The notes: generated by a model not told the origin, from the sequence alone. Counted from the first letter of the stretch, positions 20,337-32,454 are shown. The stretch is 64,000 bases of DNA from an uncultured Nitrososphaeraceae archaeon (GCA_963765895.1 CAVXZB010000023.1:64001-128000), one strand, 5' to 3'. Numbers and translations are program-made.

Positions 20337-21443
20337 CTACGAAACATGGTATCTTAACAGAGCAACTATTCCACCTAGTGAAGTCACTCGGAGTCCCATG
20401 TCAGTTGATGAATCAACTGCATATGTATTTGCACCCTGTCGTTCAACCTTATTCAATAACTGTATTATCGTATCCTCTTCTGCATTTGAATATACAGAAT
20501 CAGAGAAGGCCAAACTCTCAATAGCTCCTACGAAAGCTGCTTTTGAAACTTCCTTCATACCCATAGCGTATTTTGGGATCCCCTTTTGTACTTGTCGCAT
20601 TATTTCATCTATGATTTTTGAGACAGCAACAATTTTACTTGTACTCATAACATCCTTGGCTGAATCTGAGCGAAGAAATACTAGGATTCCGTCTTCGCCA
20701 GCGACATCTACTCCATTAACTATCAATAGTCTTTCATTGCTGATGGACGGCTTGTCGGCCATTAGGAAATTATAGAGAGTACGTTTTGTTTCTCCCGGAC
20801 CAAATACAAGTATTCTTGTTTCAACATCGGTATCGACGGTATCACCAACTGTTCTATCTATGGATCTGATCATCCTGGCAATATCACCTAGAAAGGTGTC
20901 TAGGCTATTGTGCCTAGAATGTTGCGGATATCGCTTGCCACTATAACCAGAATATATGTTCTGAATAATATTGAGATGCGTTCCAGAGAGTTTGGCAACT
21001 GCTGCCTCGCGATTATCAATTGCTACAAGGATAAAATTCGAGCCCGCATTGCTTAGAGATCTCTTTAGGATGGCGATCTCTGAGGCTTGCCACTCCCTTC
21101 CCTTATCAATGGTTATCGAATCACCTATCTGAATAGTAAGTGAATGATGCGCACCTCTTGGGACTAGATCGTTATCTGTATTTGTGATGATGCCTGAAAT
21201 TCGTAATCGATCTACGAGACTATCCAGGCTAACCTTTTCGACATTAATGGCGACTCTAATTTTGACGCGATCTCCTTTGTCAGGTCTTGAATACTCCTTG
21301 ATTTGTTTTATTACTCTGCTTGTGACAGAAATAACCTGATCATCTTTCTCGATTATCCTTCTTACTGTGAACAGATCATCTGCATCTTCAGGAATAATGT
21401 AATAGGCCTTTTCGGAGGATCCTTTAACATCTTTAACGATCAT
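20337..21443 (-). CDS. pelA: mRNA surveillance protein Pelota/Dom34
   Basis: PEDADDLF, RLRISG, GAHHSL, GPGETK, LGGIVALLRY. Confidence 0.95.
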   Translation of the reverse strand: MIVKDVKGSSEKAYYIIPEDADDLFTVRRIIEKDDQVISVTSRVIKQIKEYSRPDKGDRVKIRVAINVEKVSLDSLVDRLRISGIITNTDNDLVPRGAHHSLTIQIGDSITIDKGREWQASEIAILKRSLSNAGSNFILVAIDNREAAVAKLSGTHLNIIQNIYSGYSGKRYPQHSRHNSLDTFLGDIARMIRSIDRTVGDTVDTDVETRILVFGPGETKRTLYNFLMADKPSISNERLLIVNGVDVAGEDGILVFLRSDSAKDVMSTSKIVAVSKIIDEIMRQVQKGIPKYAMGMKEVSKAAFVGAIESLAFSDSVYSNAEEDTIIQLLNKVERQGANTYAVDSSTDMGLRVTSLGGIVALLRYHVS

Positions 21444-21525
21444 AGAAAAAGACTAAAATTTATCTAGTGCTCCATTCATTCTGCTTCTTCTTCTTCTTCT
21501 TCTTTTCACTTAATTCTTAGCTCGC

Positions 21526-21960
21526 TTAAGGTATGGAGCCAGATGGAGACCCTTGTTCACTATTCTTGTATTTGATTTGAGGTGATTTCAAATAACCATC
21601 TACCCATTCTTGAGTAAGAACTCCGGATTGTACAAGATTAACAAGAGCATTAGCCGAGGCTTCTCCCTGCACTTTTCCAGATCTCTTCCTCGTCTGCCTC
21701 CACTTTAGTTGAGTATTACCACTCTTTGACGAATAGATAATCCCTAGGATTTCTTTGACGTTAACAAATGTCATTTCACGAATCCTTTTTAACGTAACTT
21801 TGTCAGCCGCCTCTATATATATAGCGCCTGGACCCTCTTCACGTTCTGGAAAAACCTCATAATCTCGAAGATATATTTCAGGAATGAAGGATCTGCATGT
21901 ACTAAAGATAATAAACTGTCGAAAATTCTCAAGTGACGCAGTTGTTTCGATATGCACCAA
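21526..21960 (-). CDS. Conserved hypothetical protein
   Basis: 144-aa clean ORF with TATA upstream; no function recognised. Confidence 0.7.
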   Translation of the reverse strand: MVHIETTASLENFRQFIIFSTCRSFIPEIYLRDYEVFPEREEGPGAIYIEAADKVTLKRIREMTFVNVKEILGIIYSSKSGNTQLKWRQTRKRSGKVQGEASANALVNLVQSGVLTQEWVDGYLKSPQIKYKNSEQGSPSGSIP

Positions 21961-22385
21961 TTTACGGTATATAAAAAGATTTAGCCACTTATCAAGTTTA
22001 TGAACTTACGTCTTAGAACAACAGAATTGTATTTATTATTCTAGACAGACTCCAAACTCAAGATCTACATCACTGGAAACTCAGTAGGGCTGGTTTCGTC
22101 ATCGTTTGTCTAATCTTATTTTCTCGCTAGTTATATAAAAGTGATTGTTTGCTGTGAGACTAAACAATGCATCTTTAAAAATTATCAGGAAGCATATCAC
22201 ATTTGAAGAAAACCGCTATAATTTTAACAATTGTACTTTAGTTAGATCAGTACAGCATTTCCTCATTCAGGAATGTGGAAGAATGCCGTCCACAACGCTG
22301 AACCTGTAACAAATGCAAAGTGGGCCGAGTCCCAATCTTACCATGATTGGTTTAGTCTCTGTACAGATACTTGTTCGAATGTTTC

Positions 22386-24110
22386 TTAAGCTCCAGCCAT
22401 ACCATTACGAAGCTCGACGCCTTTATGATCATCGCCGATCCCTGCAGACTCGGCAGTCTGCCTTGTGCATCTCAGACATGGCGCATCCCATTTCAGCTTC
22501 TGGTTTACCGCGTCGCATTAGTCCTCTATACAAACCTGCTTCAAGTGTGTGACCTTGGGTTCGCTCCCATTCCTCTACTGGAATGCTATACTTCTTCTGA
22601 ATTCTATCTCGGTACCATTCTGGAATGACATTAAAGGCACAGAATGGGATTATTCTAAGATCAGGAGTAACATAATGGATGTCGCATCTTTGTAATCTCT
22701 CCAGATCTTCATTATATTTATCTTGAAAGTGCATCATCCCCAAAAATAGTGATCTCCCGTGCCATGACCCGACTGAGTCAAAGTTCTGTTTCAAGAGAAT
22801 ACTTGAAAACATTTTTGCAAGATCCAAGCCGCGCGCGGCTGTTTGCTTTTGTCAACAAACTGATTAAGCTTGTGCATTACTTTTAATATTGCTAAATATC
22901 TGTTAGAACCTGATTTTATTTCATCACTTTTCTCTTCAAAGTATTCTAGCAATCCCCTAATATCGACAAAACTAGTGAGTGGGGTTAATTTCTTTGTCTC
23001 CGAGTCTTCAAATACATATGTACCCGCACCGCATGCGAAATGAATAGAAAGCTCATATTTCGGCTTCTTTGAAAAAGCTTCTATGATATCAGTCATTGGC
23101 ATGCATGACGGAACTGGAAACCATGCATCGGTAGTGATCTGACCATTTGTTTGCTCCTCAATTCTTTTGATACAATCAGGGATCGTGATTCTATACTTTT
23201 CCCGTTCCTTCTTTGACATTCTACCAGTTAATGAAACAGGCTGGAAATTCACTGCATGCACAACATCCATATTCTTTTGTGCATATCCAATTATTCCTCC
23301 CAATTCATGATCATTAATGGATTTAATCACAGTTGGTACAAATACAACCGTCATTCCACACTTTCTTGCAGATTCTAAGGTATACGGAACTTCCCAATAG
23401 TTCTTTGGATTAGTTCTAGGAGTAACTCCATCAAACGAAAGATAAAGATTGCTAACACCAGCTGTTCTTATTTGTCTCATGGTTTCGGGAGAAAGCGCCA
23501 ACTTTATGCCATTCGTATTCATCTGAATATGGTCAACACCTTCTTCTTTCATTATGCGAATCAGCTCAGTAATATCATCTCTTAGCATAGGTTCACCCCC
23601 GGTTATCTGAATTGAATTTCCTGCAATTGGTTTTTGAGCTTTCAACGTCTTCATCATTGCTCTTACTTGCTCATGATTTGGTTCATACAAGTACGCACCT
23701 TCAAGACCTTTCTTGACATAGAAAAAGCAATACCAACATGTCAAATCGCATCTATTGGTCACTATCATATTTGCCAAACCTGAATGCGACAAGTGATTTG
23801 TACAGAGCCCACAATTCGTTGGACATGCACATTTATCGATCATAACATTCGGGGCTTGGGCTCCCTTTCCATCCTTCCAATATGTACTGAATTTTTTATA
23901 CATGTCATAAGATCCGAAATACAATTCCTCACATTCACCGTGAGAGGGGCAATTCTTGGTCATGTAGACCTGACCTCCCCGTTCAAAAACTTCTGCGTCT
24001 AATATCATATTACAATCTGGACATATACTCTGGGTGAACCTTATGGAATGTTTAGATACATCATTTGTCCTTGTTGATAGATTCGAAATCTGAATTAAAT
24101 CCATAGTCAA
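22386..24110 (-). CDS. tes: Radical-SAM tetraether lipid synthase (Tes/GDGT-MAS, MJ0619 family); frameshifts at ~22835 and ~22457
   Basis: TQSICPDC...CPSHG, CPTNCGLC, CDLTCWYC (CxxxCxxC), NFQPVSLTGR, MMHFQD, RLQRCDIHY, IIPFCAFN. Confidence 0.9.
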
Positions 24111-24293
24111 TTATCTACAATACCTTTTACGACTAGCACATTTTATCTATATAAATATAACCTACCTACTCCTAAGGTGAATGGGTAGTTAGAGAAAATG
24201 TCTAAAAAGATAAATAAAAATATTCTAGAAGTGAGGTTTATCAGCCTTAAAGGTAAATATATTACAAACTTTAACTTGTTCTAACCCCTAGAC

Positions 24294-25121
24294 ATGAGTA
24301 TTAGCGACAAATCGAAGAAAGCTATGGAGAGCCTTGGTCTAACAGGCTATGAAATCCGAGTATATATGGCCCTATTGGAGTACGGTCAAATGACTGCAGC
24401 TGCTATTAGCAAGACGTCAAGCGTGCCATATTCTAAGATTTATGAAGTCTTAAATAGTTTAGAGGACAATGGCTGGCTCGAGTCAGATAGCTCTAGACCG
24501 CAGAAGTTCTTCCCAAAGTCTCCTTCAACAGCGCTTGATGCTATGAAGATGCGAATGGAAAATGTTATACGCGATAATCAAAACCTTATCCAAAGTGAGC
24601 TAATGCCGATTTACGAAAAGAGTGGCATGAAAGAGAAGCCAGAGATATGGGTGGTACGTGGCGTTTATAATATTGCTGCCAAAGTTAATGAAATCATTGA
24701 AACCTCTGAACAAGAGTTGCTTATAGCATTACCTCAGGCGGCAGAAGATATTGCAAAGCTTACTCAGCCTCTCCTAAGAATGTCTCACGAAAAAGGTGTA
24801 AGAATTACAGTACTTGTCTCTGAAGAAACAAGCCAAGAAACCGTGCGGATGATATCTAGAGTAGCCAGTGTAAGGCTCAAGAACAATATGTTTGGTGGCG
24901 GGGTCATAGGAGATAGTAGACAAGTTGTGATATTGTTGGCTGAGGGTAGAAGCGATAATGGGGCTGTTGAACCCATAGCTATTTGGGCCGATCATCCGGG
25001 TTTGGCTCGTTTTGCCAAGGATTATTTTCAATATCTTTGGACTGATGCAGGTGGAGAGGACAAGCAAAATGTCAATAATCTCACCAAGTCTAATCCTAGC
25101 GCAGTTGATAATCAGGCTTAG
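24294..25121 (+). CDS. TrmB family transcriptional regulator
   Basis: LGLTGYEIRVY.ALL, VPYSKIYEVLNSLE..GW wHTH plus effector domain. Confidence 0.92.
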   Translation: MSISDKSKKAMESLGLTGYEIRVYMALLEYGQMTAAAISKTSSVPYSKIYEVLNSLEDNGWLESDSSRPQKFFPKSPSTALDAMKMRMENVIRDNQNLIQSELMPIYEKSGMKEKPEIWVVRGVYNIAAKVNEIIETSEQELLIALPQAAEDIAKLTQPLLRMSHEKGVRITVLVSEETSQETVRMISRVASVRLKNNMFGGGVIGDSRQVVILLAEGRSDNGAVEPIAIWADHPGLARFAKDYFQYLWTDAGGEDKQNVNNLTKSNPSAVDNQA

Positions 25122-25332
25122 TGATTCGTAAAGTTATTACCGATACCTAATACTGATACTCTAAATAAATTGTAACATTAACAGATAGACTAAGAAACTT
25201 AGCCAAATTACTTACATTAATATAAATTTGAATTGCGTCTAATTGACATTTGCAAAATTACTTGTGGACGATCCTGAGACCAGGAACTACAGACGAGTCT
25301 ACATGACGATAGGGTTATATTTAAAGTAAGAG

Positions 25333-26257
25333 ATGTCGGTAACTATGTCCACTGGCATGAAATATGTACAAATCGAACCTTTAGGAGATATCGCAATCAT
25401 TAGGATCAACAGACCAGAAGCTCTAAACGCCATGAATACGGATGTTATCGCAGAGCTATCTAGGGCAATTGAAATAGTTGGTGTTGATGACGGCATAAAG
25501 GTTGTAATTATAACTGGCTCTGGTGAAAAAGCATTTTGCGCTGGTGCAGATATTGCATTCATGGTTAACATCGACCCCGTGCAAGCAGAAAAATATGCGA
25601 GTTCTGCACAAAGTGTTCTCAATAAAATAGAAAGGATGGGAAAACCAGTTATTGCAGCCATAAATGGGTATGCATTAGGCGGCGGCTGCGAGCTTGCATT
25701 GGTATGTGATATACGAATTGCCGCGAGGTACTGCCAGAATAGGGCAACCCGAAGTTACAATAGGAATTCCACCCGGATGGGGAGGAACTCAGAGGCTAGT
25801 CAGGATCGTCGGCCCCGCAAAGGCCAAGGAGTTGGTATTTACTGGCAAAATGATTACTGCAGAAGAGGCGTTCCAAATTGGTCTCGTAAACAAAGTAGTG
25901 AAATTAGATGAAACCCCTGTTGCGTCAGCCGCTCAAGTAGAATCCACTCAGGACCACGCAAAAACCTCAAGTGACAAGAGCGAGACTGAAAAGAAAGGAG
26001 CTTCAAATACTCAAGCTGGTTCTGATATTACCAAGACCCTTAATAAAAGGCTAATCGAAGATTGCATCCAATTTGCAAAAGAGATTACTAAAAATAGTAT
26101 CAATGCAGTTAAAACTAGTAAAATGTTGATTAATAAAGGTATGGATGTTGATATAGATGCAGGACTTCGGTTAGAGATTTATGGATGGGCTTTATGCTTT
26201 GCTCATGGTGACAGACAGAAAATGATGTCCGACTTCCTAAACAAAGGAAAGAAATAG
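25333..26257 (+). CDS. Enoyl-CoA hydratase (probable 3-hydroxypropionyl-CoA dehydratase/crotonyl-CoA hydratase of the 3HP/4HB cycle); frameshift at ~25727
   Basis: [47 protein letters not shown]. Confidence 0.88.
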
Positions 26258-26384
26258 GCTTCGAAATGATAACGCAGAAAGCTTGACATTTAGTGATGGT
26301 ATGCATCTGATGCCACGAGTCTAGATTGTTCTACAGCATTATGTGGGATGAATGCGAAATTTAAGTAGCATTATTTCCTAAATG

Positions 26385-27413
26385 CTATTTAGATACCTCA
26401 ACTATTTTCGCGCCTTGACTTGGGCGACATACGATTGCTTTGGTATTTTTTATACCAGCCTCGAGAAATCCCTCAGCCATAGAATTAGCTACACGACTTG
26501 CAGTCTTTTTATCATTAAGGATAGAGATCATGGAAGGACCTGCACCACTAATCGTAACGGCTAGGGCCCCTTCATTTAGTGCATTTCGCTTTACCAAATC
26601 GTATCCAGGAATTAAATGTCTTCTCGATGGTTCGACGATGAGGTCGTTTATGCCTTTTGCGATCATCGTAGTATCCTTCAGTGCAAACCCTGCTACTACT
26701 ATACTTGCATTAGATATGTTTTGTATTACATCGTCCAATGGAATTGTCTTGGGCAGGACGCTCCTGGCTACGGCAGTCTTTTTTAGAGGAACATTCATAA
26801 CTGGAACAGCTATAGCCAGAAATAGATCATTAGGAACATCAAGTCTTACGAAATCAATGTCTGGAGCAGAACGGACTATAACAAAACCTCCAAGCATAGA
26901 GCCAGAAACATTATCATAATGTATCGTACCGGCACTTGCTATCTCTCCTTCTGCTGCATACCTAATAAGCCTGTTCCGAGGGAGCCGTAAGTTGAATAAG
27001 CCGTCGAATGCAAGTGCAGCAGCGGCAGCAGAGGCAGCGCTACTACCCATTCCATAGCCTGTGGGTATTTTCTTTAAGATATGAAGATCTAGATCCCAAT
27101 TCGTCTTGCATTTCAGATTAAGGTCATACATCATCCTTCTAACCACTAACCCGGCAGTATTCTCGCTTGCGTTCGGAGAAATTGTCTCAGAGCCATCACC
27201 TGACAAGGCAAGCTTGACATGAGGCACAGGATCTTCTATCTTCTTTCCTCTTGTAATTGTGACAACGTCCTCGAACGCATCAAGGCCTAGTCCGAATACG
27301 TCGAAGCCAGGACCTAGATTAGCAGTTGATGAATGTGCAACTGCACTGCAAGTTATGAATTCAGTGCGCTCCTCATTGGAGGCATCTGAACTTCTGGTGG
27401 GCATCATGGCCAT
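26385..27413 (-). CDS. thrB: Homoserine kinase
   Basis: STANLGPGFDVFG, GYGMGSSAAS, HYDNV, ISGAGPS. Confidence 0.95.
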   Translation of the reverse strand: MAMMPTRSSDASNEERTEFITCSAVAHSSTANLGPGFDVFGLGLDAFEDVVTITRGKKIEDPVPHVKLALSGDGSETISPNASENTAGLVVRRMMYDLNLKCKTNWDLDLHILKKIPTGYGMGSSAASAAAAALAFDGLFNLRLPRNRLIRYAAEGEIASAGTIHYDNVSGSMLGGFVIVRSAPDIDFVRLDVPNDLFLAIAVPVMNVPLKKTAVARSVLPKTIPLDDVIQNISNASIVVAGFALKDTTMIAKGINDLIVEPSRRHLIPGYDLVKRNALNEGALAVTISGAGPSMISILNDKKTASRVANSMAEGFLEAGIKNTKAIVCRPSQGAKIVEVSK

Positions 27414-27423
27414 TCACTATATA

Positions 27424-28200
27424 TCAGTCTCTTACTTCCTCCCCTTGATTAAGTATTCTTGCAAGAGCTGCAACCAGATTTACCATTCCACTCATTGTGA
27501 GATTAGAAATTGCGAAAAGATCCTCTGCGAACCCTCCCAAGTTATAACTTCTTGCTATTTCTTTGCATAAAAGAGAATACTCACTGTCTTTCTCACTATC
27601 AAGACTCTTTTCTAAAGAAGTCATCGAAGTAGACCATTCGAGTATATCCTGCAATCTATCAAGTAATAGATCTCGTTTTGTCAAGGCATTTATTTGTGCC
27701 ATCTTCAATCGTAACTTTACAGCGGATGACAACAATGAGATGGAAATATAGTTAACAGGTGATGAAACTAGCATCCCGTCAAAAACAAAAAGCGATGCCT
27801 TATTATCCGCTTGAAAATTTGTCACAAAATATGGTCCACTAGCTCTAAATGCAAATAATTCAATTTGTCCTGGTGTGTCAATAATGACGTAATCTGGATT
27901 TAGCTCGTTTACCTCAGTCTGGATTTCATCCAGTCGAGTTGCTATCAGATCGCTTGCCATGACTAGGGAACCGTTGGGACCTAGATCATATTTTTCCATT
28001 AGAGTATTAACTTCAATATAGTCCCTTACATCTACATCTGGCTCGTATGGCAATTTGAAGGATCCTGGGTCTAAATTAAGACTCACCGGGTAGGCGCTAT
28101 TATCTTTATACCATTGAATTAATCTTGATGTTAAGGCAGATTTTCCCGACCCCGCTGTCCCAGTTATAAATATAGCATCCAAATGATTTCTTTCCAACAA
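27424..28200 (-). CDS. GPN-loop GTPase
   Basis: GTAGSGKS, NLDPG, LGPNG, DTPGQIELF. Confidence 0.93.
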   Translation of the reverse strand: MLERNHLDAIFITGTAGSGKSALTSRLIQWYKDNSAYPVSLNLDPGSFKLPYEPDVDVRDYIEVNTLMEKYDLGPNGSLVMASDLIATRLDEIQTEVNELNPDYVIIDTPGQIELFAFRASGPYFVTNFQADNKASLFVFDGMLVSSPVNYISISLLSSAVKLRLKMAQINALTKRDLLLDRLQDILEWSTSMTSLEKSLDSEKDSEYSLLCKEIARSYNLGGFAEDLFAISNLTMSGMVNLVAALARILNQGEEVRD

Positions 28201-28271
28201 TGAGGACGTTTTGTCTTATTAGTTTCTATTGATTATTATATGACTCTATTGTAGACCATGATTGAGCCTTA

Positions 28272-29474
28272 ATGAACTGGCGGCTGATAGCAATTCCGGC
28301 TAGTATAGTACCTTTCCTTATTATGATTTTTTTTATTCATATTTCTCCAGCGGATATCTTCAAGGTCGGCCTAGTTCCATTTATTTTTTCTTCTATGTCA
28401 ATCATGGGCAAATACCTACTGCAAGCCGTCAGGTTCAAATATTTCATTAAAAAATTCATAGGACATAATGTCGGTACTACAGGTGAAACAATTTGTGCGA
28501 GTTTAGGAGGCCAGTTTGTTACTCAAACCACACCATCTTACGTAGGAGGAGAACTAGTAAGGATTGCATGGTTGACCAAGAAGGGCGTATTGACTGGAAA
28601 AGCCGCTTGGATCACTACAATGGAGATCGTAGCTGATGTGTTCGTTGGTACTTTCCTTGCATTCATGGCAGGAGCAGTATCAATCTTGCACGGAGGTTAC
28701 TTCATTGGAATCATAGTCATATTGATTACGATCCCGACCTTTGCTTTCTGGTTTCTATTAATGTTCTTTTCTGCTCGACGTGTTTTGAGGCTACCTTCAT
28801 TCTCTTTGCTGGTAGTTCAAAGGTTTGTTCCAAGAGAAAGGGCGCAAAGATCTATCAACTCCATCAACACTGCTATTGCAGATCTATGTCAAATGAGTAG
28901 AGAAAACTTTAATTCAAAAACTGCCGGCAAGACCTTTGCAGTAGGGATTGCAATCACATTTTTGGCATTCATTCTACAGGGTGTGTCGTTTATGGTGCTA
29001 ATTGATACGGTCGGACCGTATCTTGGCATCTTTGATTCAGTTATGGCCACCTCGGCATCTACTGCGTTATCAAATTTACCCATCACGATAGGCGGATCCG
29101 GACTTGCAGAACTGGGAATGTGGGCATATATTTCGAATTTGAATAGCCTTCCTTCGCTTCACGATCTAACAATAAACTCACACTTGAGTGTAATAATCGC
29201 ATGGAGGATCGCATCTTATCATGTTCCATTAGTAATCACTTGGATTGCCCTTATGAGACTTGCATTAGGCAAAGTCACAGTTACGAAAGCGCAGCACTCT
29301 AAGTTTATAGATAAAGCGGAACTTCCTGATTCTCTAGATTCTCCAGACAAAGAGTCTAACTCATATAATGCGAGCGAGATCAAACATAGAAAGAATATTA
29401 ATTTGGACAAAACCTCCGCTGAATCAAAAGATTGGAAAGATAAGAAGGACGGAAATGACACCGTAAATATATAG
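28272..29474 (+). CDS. Lysylphosphatidylglycerol-synthase TM domain / UPF0104 flippase-like membrane protein
   Basis: Multiple TMs; TPSYVGGELVR, PITIGGSGLAE, WRIASY. Confidence 0.85.
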   Translation: MNWRLIAIPASIVPFLIMIFFIHISPADIFKVGLVPFIFSSMSIMGKYLLQAVRFKYFIKKFIGHNVGTTGETICASLGGQFVTQTTPSYVGGELVRIAWLTKKGVLTGKAAWITTMEIVADVFVGTFLAFMAGAVSILHGGYFIGIIVILITIPTFAFWFLLMFFSARRVLRLPSFSLLVVQRFVPRERAQRSINSINTAIADLCQMSRENFNSKTAGKTFAVGIAITFLAFILQGVSFMVLIDTVGPYLGIFDSVMATSASTALSNLPITIGGSGLAELGMWAYISNLNSLPSLHDLTINSHLSVIIAWRIASYHVPLVITWIALMRLALGKVTVTKAQHSKFIDKAELPDSLDSPDKESNSYNASEIKHRKNINLDKTSAESKDWKDKKDGNDTVNI

Positions 29475-29562
29475 GAATCCTGTTCCTTATATAGTGAACA
29501 GGCAACTGCGTCTACGCAACTATTCTATTCTGGATAATTTATTAGTCTAAAGTCAGGCAAGA

Positions 29563-29997
29563 TTAGTCTGTTTCGTTATCCAGACTCTCAGCAGTTTCAG
29601 ATTCTACATCCATGAGCTGTAATTCCTGCAGTTCGAATTTATAAATCATATTCATATCAAGATTAAACTTTGTCCCCAAAAATTCTGTGACCTTTTCACT
29701 AAGAGGTCCTTTGTACATCTTTATCCTAAATTCATACACATAACCTTTCATGAACTCTCCTATATTCATTGACCTAGGAACATCCAAACCCTCAATAATG
29801 TTTCTACCATCAGGAAGAGATTCGTAAAGCTGAATATCTATTTTATAGTCATTTCCATAAATATCGAGTATGTAGCCAGTTCTGGTCAAGTTCTCTGGCT
29901 GATCAAATTGAACAGATTTGATCTCATCCTCAGCCCATTTAGGGATAGATTCATCTTGATCTTTAGTTTTGTTAGACGCACTCTTAGTCTTTCCCAT
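29563..29997 (-). CDS. Conserved hypothetical protein
   Basis: Clean 144-aa ORF. Confidence 0.7.
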   Translation of the reverse strand: MGKTKSASNKTKDQDESIPKWAEDEIKSVQFDQPENLTRTGYILDIYGNDYKIDIQLYESLPDGRNIIEGLDVPRSMNIGEFMKGYVYEFRIKMYKGPLSEKVTEFLGTKFNLDMNMIYKFELQELQLMDVESETAESLDNETD

Positions 29998-30612
29998 CTT
30001 AACACATGTACCGATCCATACTAGGTAAAAAGTCTTCTATAGAAACAGATGAATCTTCCCTTCGGGATCTCATAGCAAAGCTTATCGTCAGATTGCCTTC
30101 GGAGAATATCTGCTATTTTGCGGTAGATCTTGTACCTGTAATGAGGAGGAGACTATGTCACGGAAGTCAGTACTTGTTATTCCCAAATGAGTTTGGTGCA
30201 TATTAATTGGTAAGCAAAAATATGAAACAATATTAACCAATAGCGTACAGAGAGTTTTATTATGGACTATGCATACAAGTGTGATAAGTGTAATAACCAA
30301 TTTCCGGACAAGGAAACCGCTACAGAACACAGAAATGCGACTGGACATCCGTTGAGCATGGTAACCTTGGAAGAGGGATAGCCAATGTATGGGTTGTTAG
30401 CGATGCTATTTATTTGATTTCTGAACATTGTAGAAAGGAAAAACAATTAACTGTGCTAAACTCAAGTATATTCTACGAATAGGTGTTTATTTGGCATTTC
30501 TAAATAATATTAAATAAATAATATTAATTCAGGTATTTTCTGAACCCAAGTTATTTGGTTGGATTTCCCAATAAACCAACGCTTTTATCCTCGGAATCAT
30601 AATTTGTTTTGA

Positions 30613-31074
30613 ATGTCTGATGCAAGTCAGCTACTAGTCCGAAGAATCAAGGACGGAACGGTAATCGATCATATCGAAGCCGGGAAAGCATTAGTAGTCT
30701 TGCGCGTCATCGACATAACTGGTAAAGATGGGAACGTCATCACAGTAGCACTGAACGTACCAAGCAACAAACACATAAAAAAAGATATTGTCAAAATCGA
30801 AAACAGATTCTTGATGAAATATGAGACAGATAAACTTGCATTAATTGCTCCCCGGGCCACAATCAATATAATAAAGGACTATAAACTAGTCGAAAAGCGC
30901 AAAATTCAGCTTCCAGATTCTATAGTAGGAATTTTTAGATGTCCCAATCTTAAATGTATCAGTAATAGCGAGGAGGACATTAGATCTACGTTAGACATTG
31001 TAGATAAGCAAAACATCATACTTGAATGTAGGTACTGTGCGCGTACCCTTACGATTAATGACCTAGTGTCTTAA
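30613..31074 (+). CDS. pyrI: Aspartate carbamoyltransferase regulatory subunit
   Basis: IKDGTVIDHI, KKDIVKIE, CPNLKCIS, CRYC. Confidence 0.96.
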   Translation: MSDASQLLVRRIKDGTVIDHIEAGKALVVLRVIDITGKDGNVITVALNVPSNKHIKKDIVKIENRFLMKYETDKLALIAPRATINIIKDYKLVEKRKIQLPDSIVGIFRCPNLKCISNSEEDIRSTLDIVDKQNIILECRYCARTLTINDLVS

Positions 31075-31142
31075 CCGATAGTGAATAATGGATTTATTAG
31101 AAATAGCCTATATGATCGGGCGATCATACTGCATAATATTTA

Positions 31143-31970
31143 ATGCCTGGACTGCGGTTTATAAAATTCATGAATACAGATGATGTTGCAAAAGTTCTAA
31201 CTTGTAATCTAATTTACAAAAGTATTCGCAATATCTTTCGAGGAGTATTCGCAAATAAAATTACACTTCTGGTCCCAGGATTGCTCAGTATAATACTTTT
31301 ATTTGTTCTTCATTCTGCTGCTGTCACAGTAATCTCCAGTGAATCTACAATGCAGAATTTCATCCTTACTGCAACTATTATTTTACTTTTCCTTGTCGAA
31401 GTATCTATTGTATGGGCTGGACTCCTACCTATAAGTATCTCCATACTAGGACTTGTTTTGGTTTTTACAGGTATTACTCTTCCGTTTTATGGTTTAAACA
31501 TACATCAAGAAGGCAATTTTAAGGGAATAAAGGTACTCATAACCCATGAATCGATCGTGCAGGCTGCTGACGCCTATTTTTTTCTGGGTATTTCTATGTT
31601 GTGTTTAAGCATGATAATAGTATTTAGGCCGCGCTTGCTTTATACAAGAAATAGGCCTGAATCTATTGATTCGATGTGGGATAGCTACCAATTATGGGAC
31701 TACAAACAGAAAAGTGGAAGTGAAAGTATCGATAGTTCTCTAAATAATGATTACGCTACTCAATTTGTTGAACCAGTAATACCAATAAAAGATCTGATGA
31801 ATGAAAAGGAAAAATATCTTCTCTGGAGATATGAATACGTACTTGCAGTGATTCATAATCGTCATTATCTTGCTGGAATACATAGTGTTGTTCCGGTAAG
31901 TTCAATCATTTTACGTGATAATACTGGACGCATGATGGGTAAATCAAAGTATACAGGGTTCTTTGTCTAA
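31143..31970 (+). CDS. Hypothetical membrane protein
   Basis: About four TM segments plus a soluble C-terminus; start uncertain. Confidence 0.6.
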   Translation: MPGLRFIKFMNTDDVAKVLTCNLIYKSIRNIFRGVFANKITLLVPGLLSIILLFVLHSAAVTVISSESTMQNFILTATIILLFLVEVSIVWAGLLPISISILGLVLVFTGITLPFYGLNIHQEGNFKGIKVLITHESIVQAADAYFFLGISMLCLSMIIVFRPRLLYTRNRPESIDSMWDSYQLWDYKQKSGSESIDSSLNNDYATQFVEPVIPIKDLMNEKEKYLLWRYEYVLAVIHNRHYLAGIHSVVPVSSIILRDNTGRMMGKSKYTGFFV

Positions 31971-32454
31971 CAGTTCAATCCATTTTAAATAGTCATCTTT
32001 CAATTATGTTGGATCCGACAAACTAGGTTGAGGACGCTTAAATACAATAGATTATGTCATTTTATGCCGATCATTATAGTCTGATAGTAGTTATAGATTA
32101 CACTAATTGATAATTTTTTGCCCACTTCCCAATTAGCGAGTTGATAAAATATCCGTCAATATAGTTCATTTTCTAGTGACATACCGCGGAACATCGCGGG
32201 GTATTAATCCAGTGCAAATGGATTCCATAGGAGTAGGAGCTATCTCAGACAATATTCTTATTCATAATCATAATGTCTTCCCCATCGGCATATATTACCT
32301 AACTCGCGGTTACTGTATTTAATTTTAGATCATTATCCAACGTTTGTTCTTGCAGAATTTGATATTTTCATCTAGCTACTCGAATTGTCTTAATTTGATA
32401 TTTTCCTTTCACCATTCATGAAAGGACGATATCTTTCGATTTAACGTATTTTTA

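Noticed and set aside
22065-22100. ORB-like sequence (CACTGGAAAC)
   Set aside because: Single partial match with no G-string, no repeats and no cdc6/orc1 nearby.
30613-31074. pyrI without adjacent pyrB
   Set aside because: Split pyrB/pyrI arrangements are common in archaea; not notable by itself.
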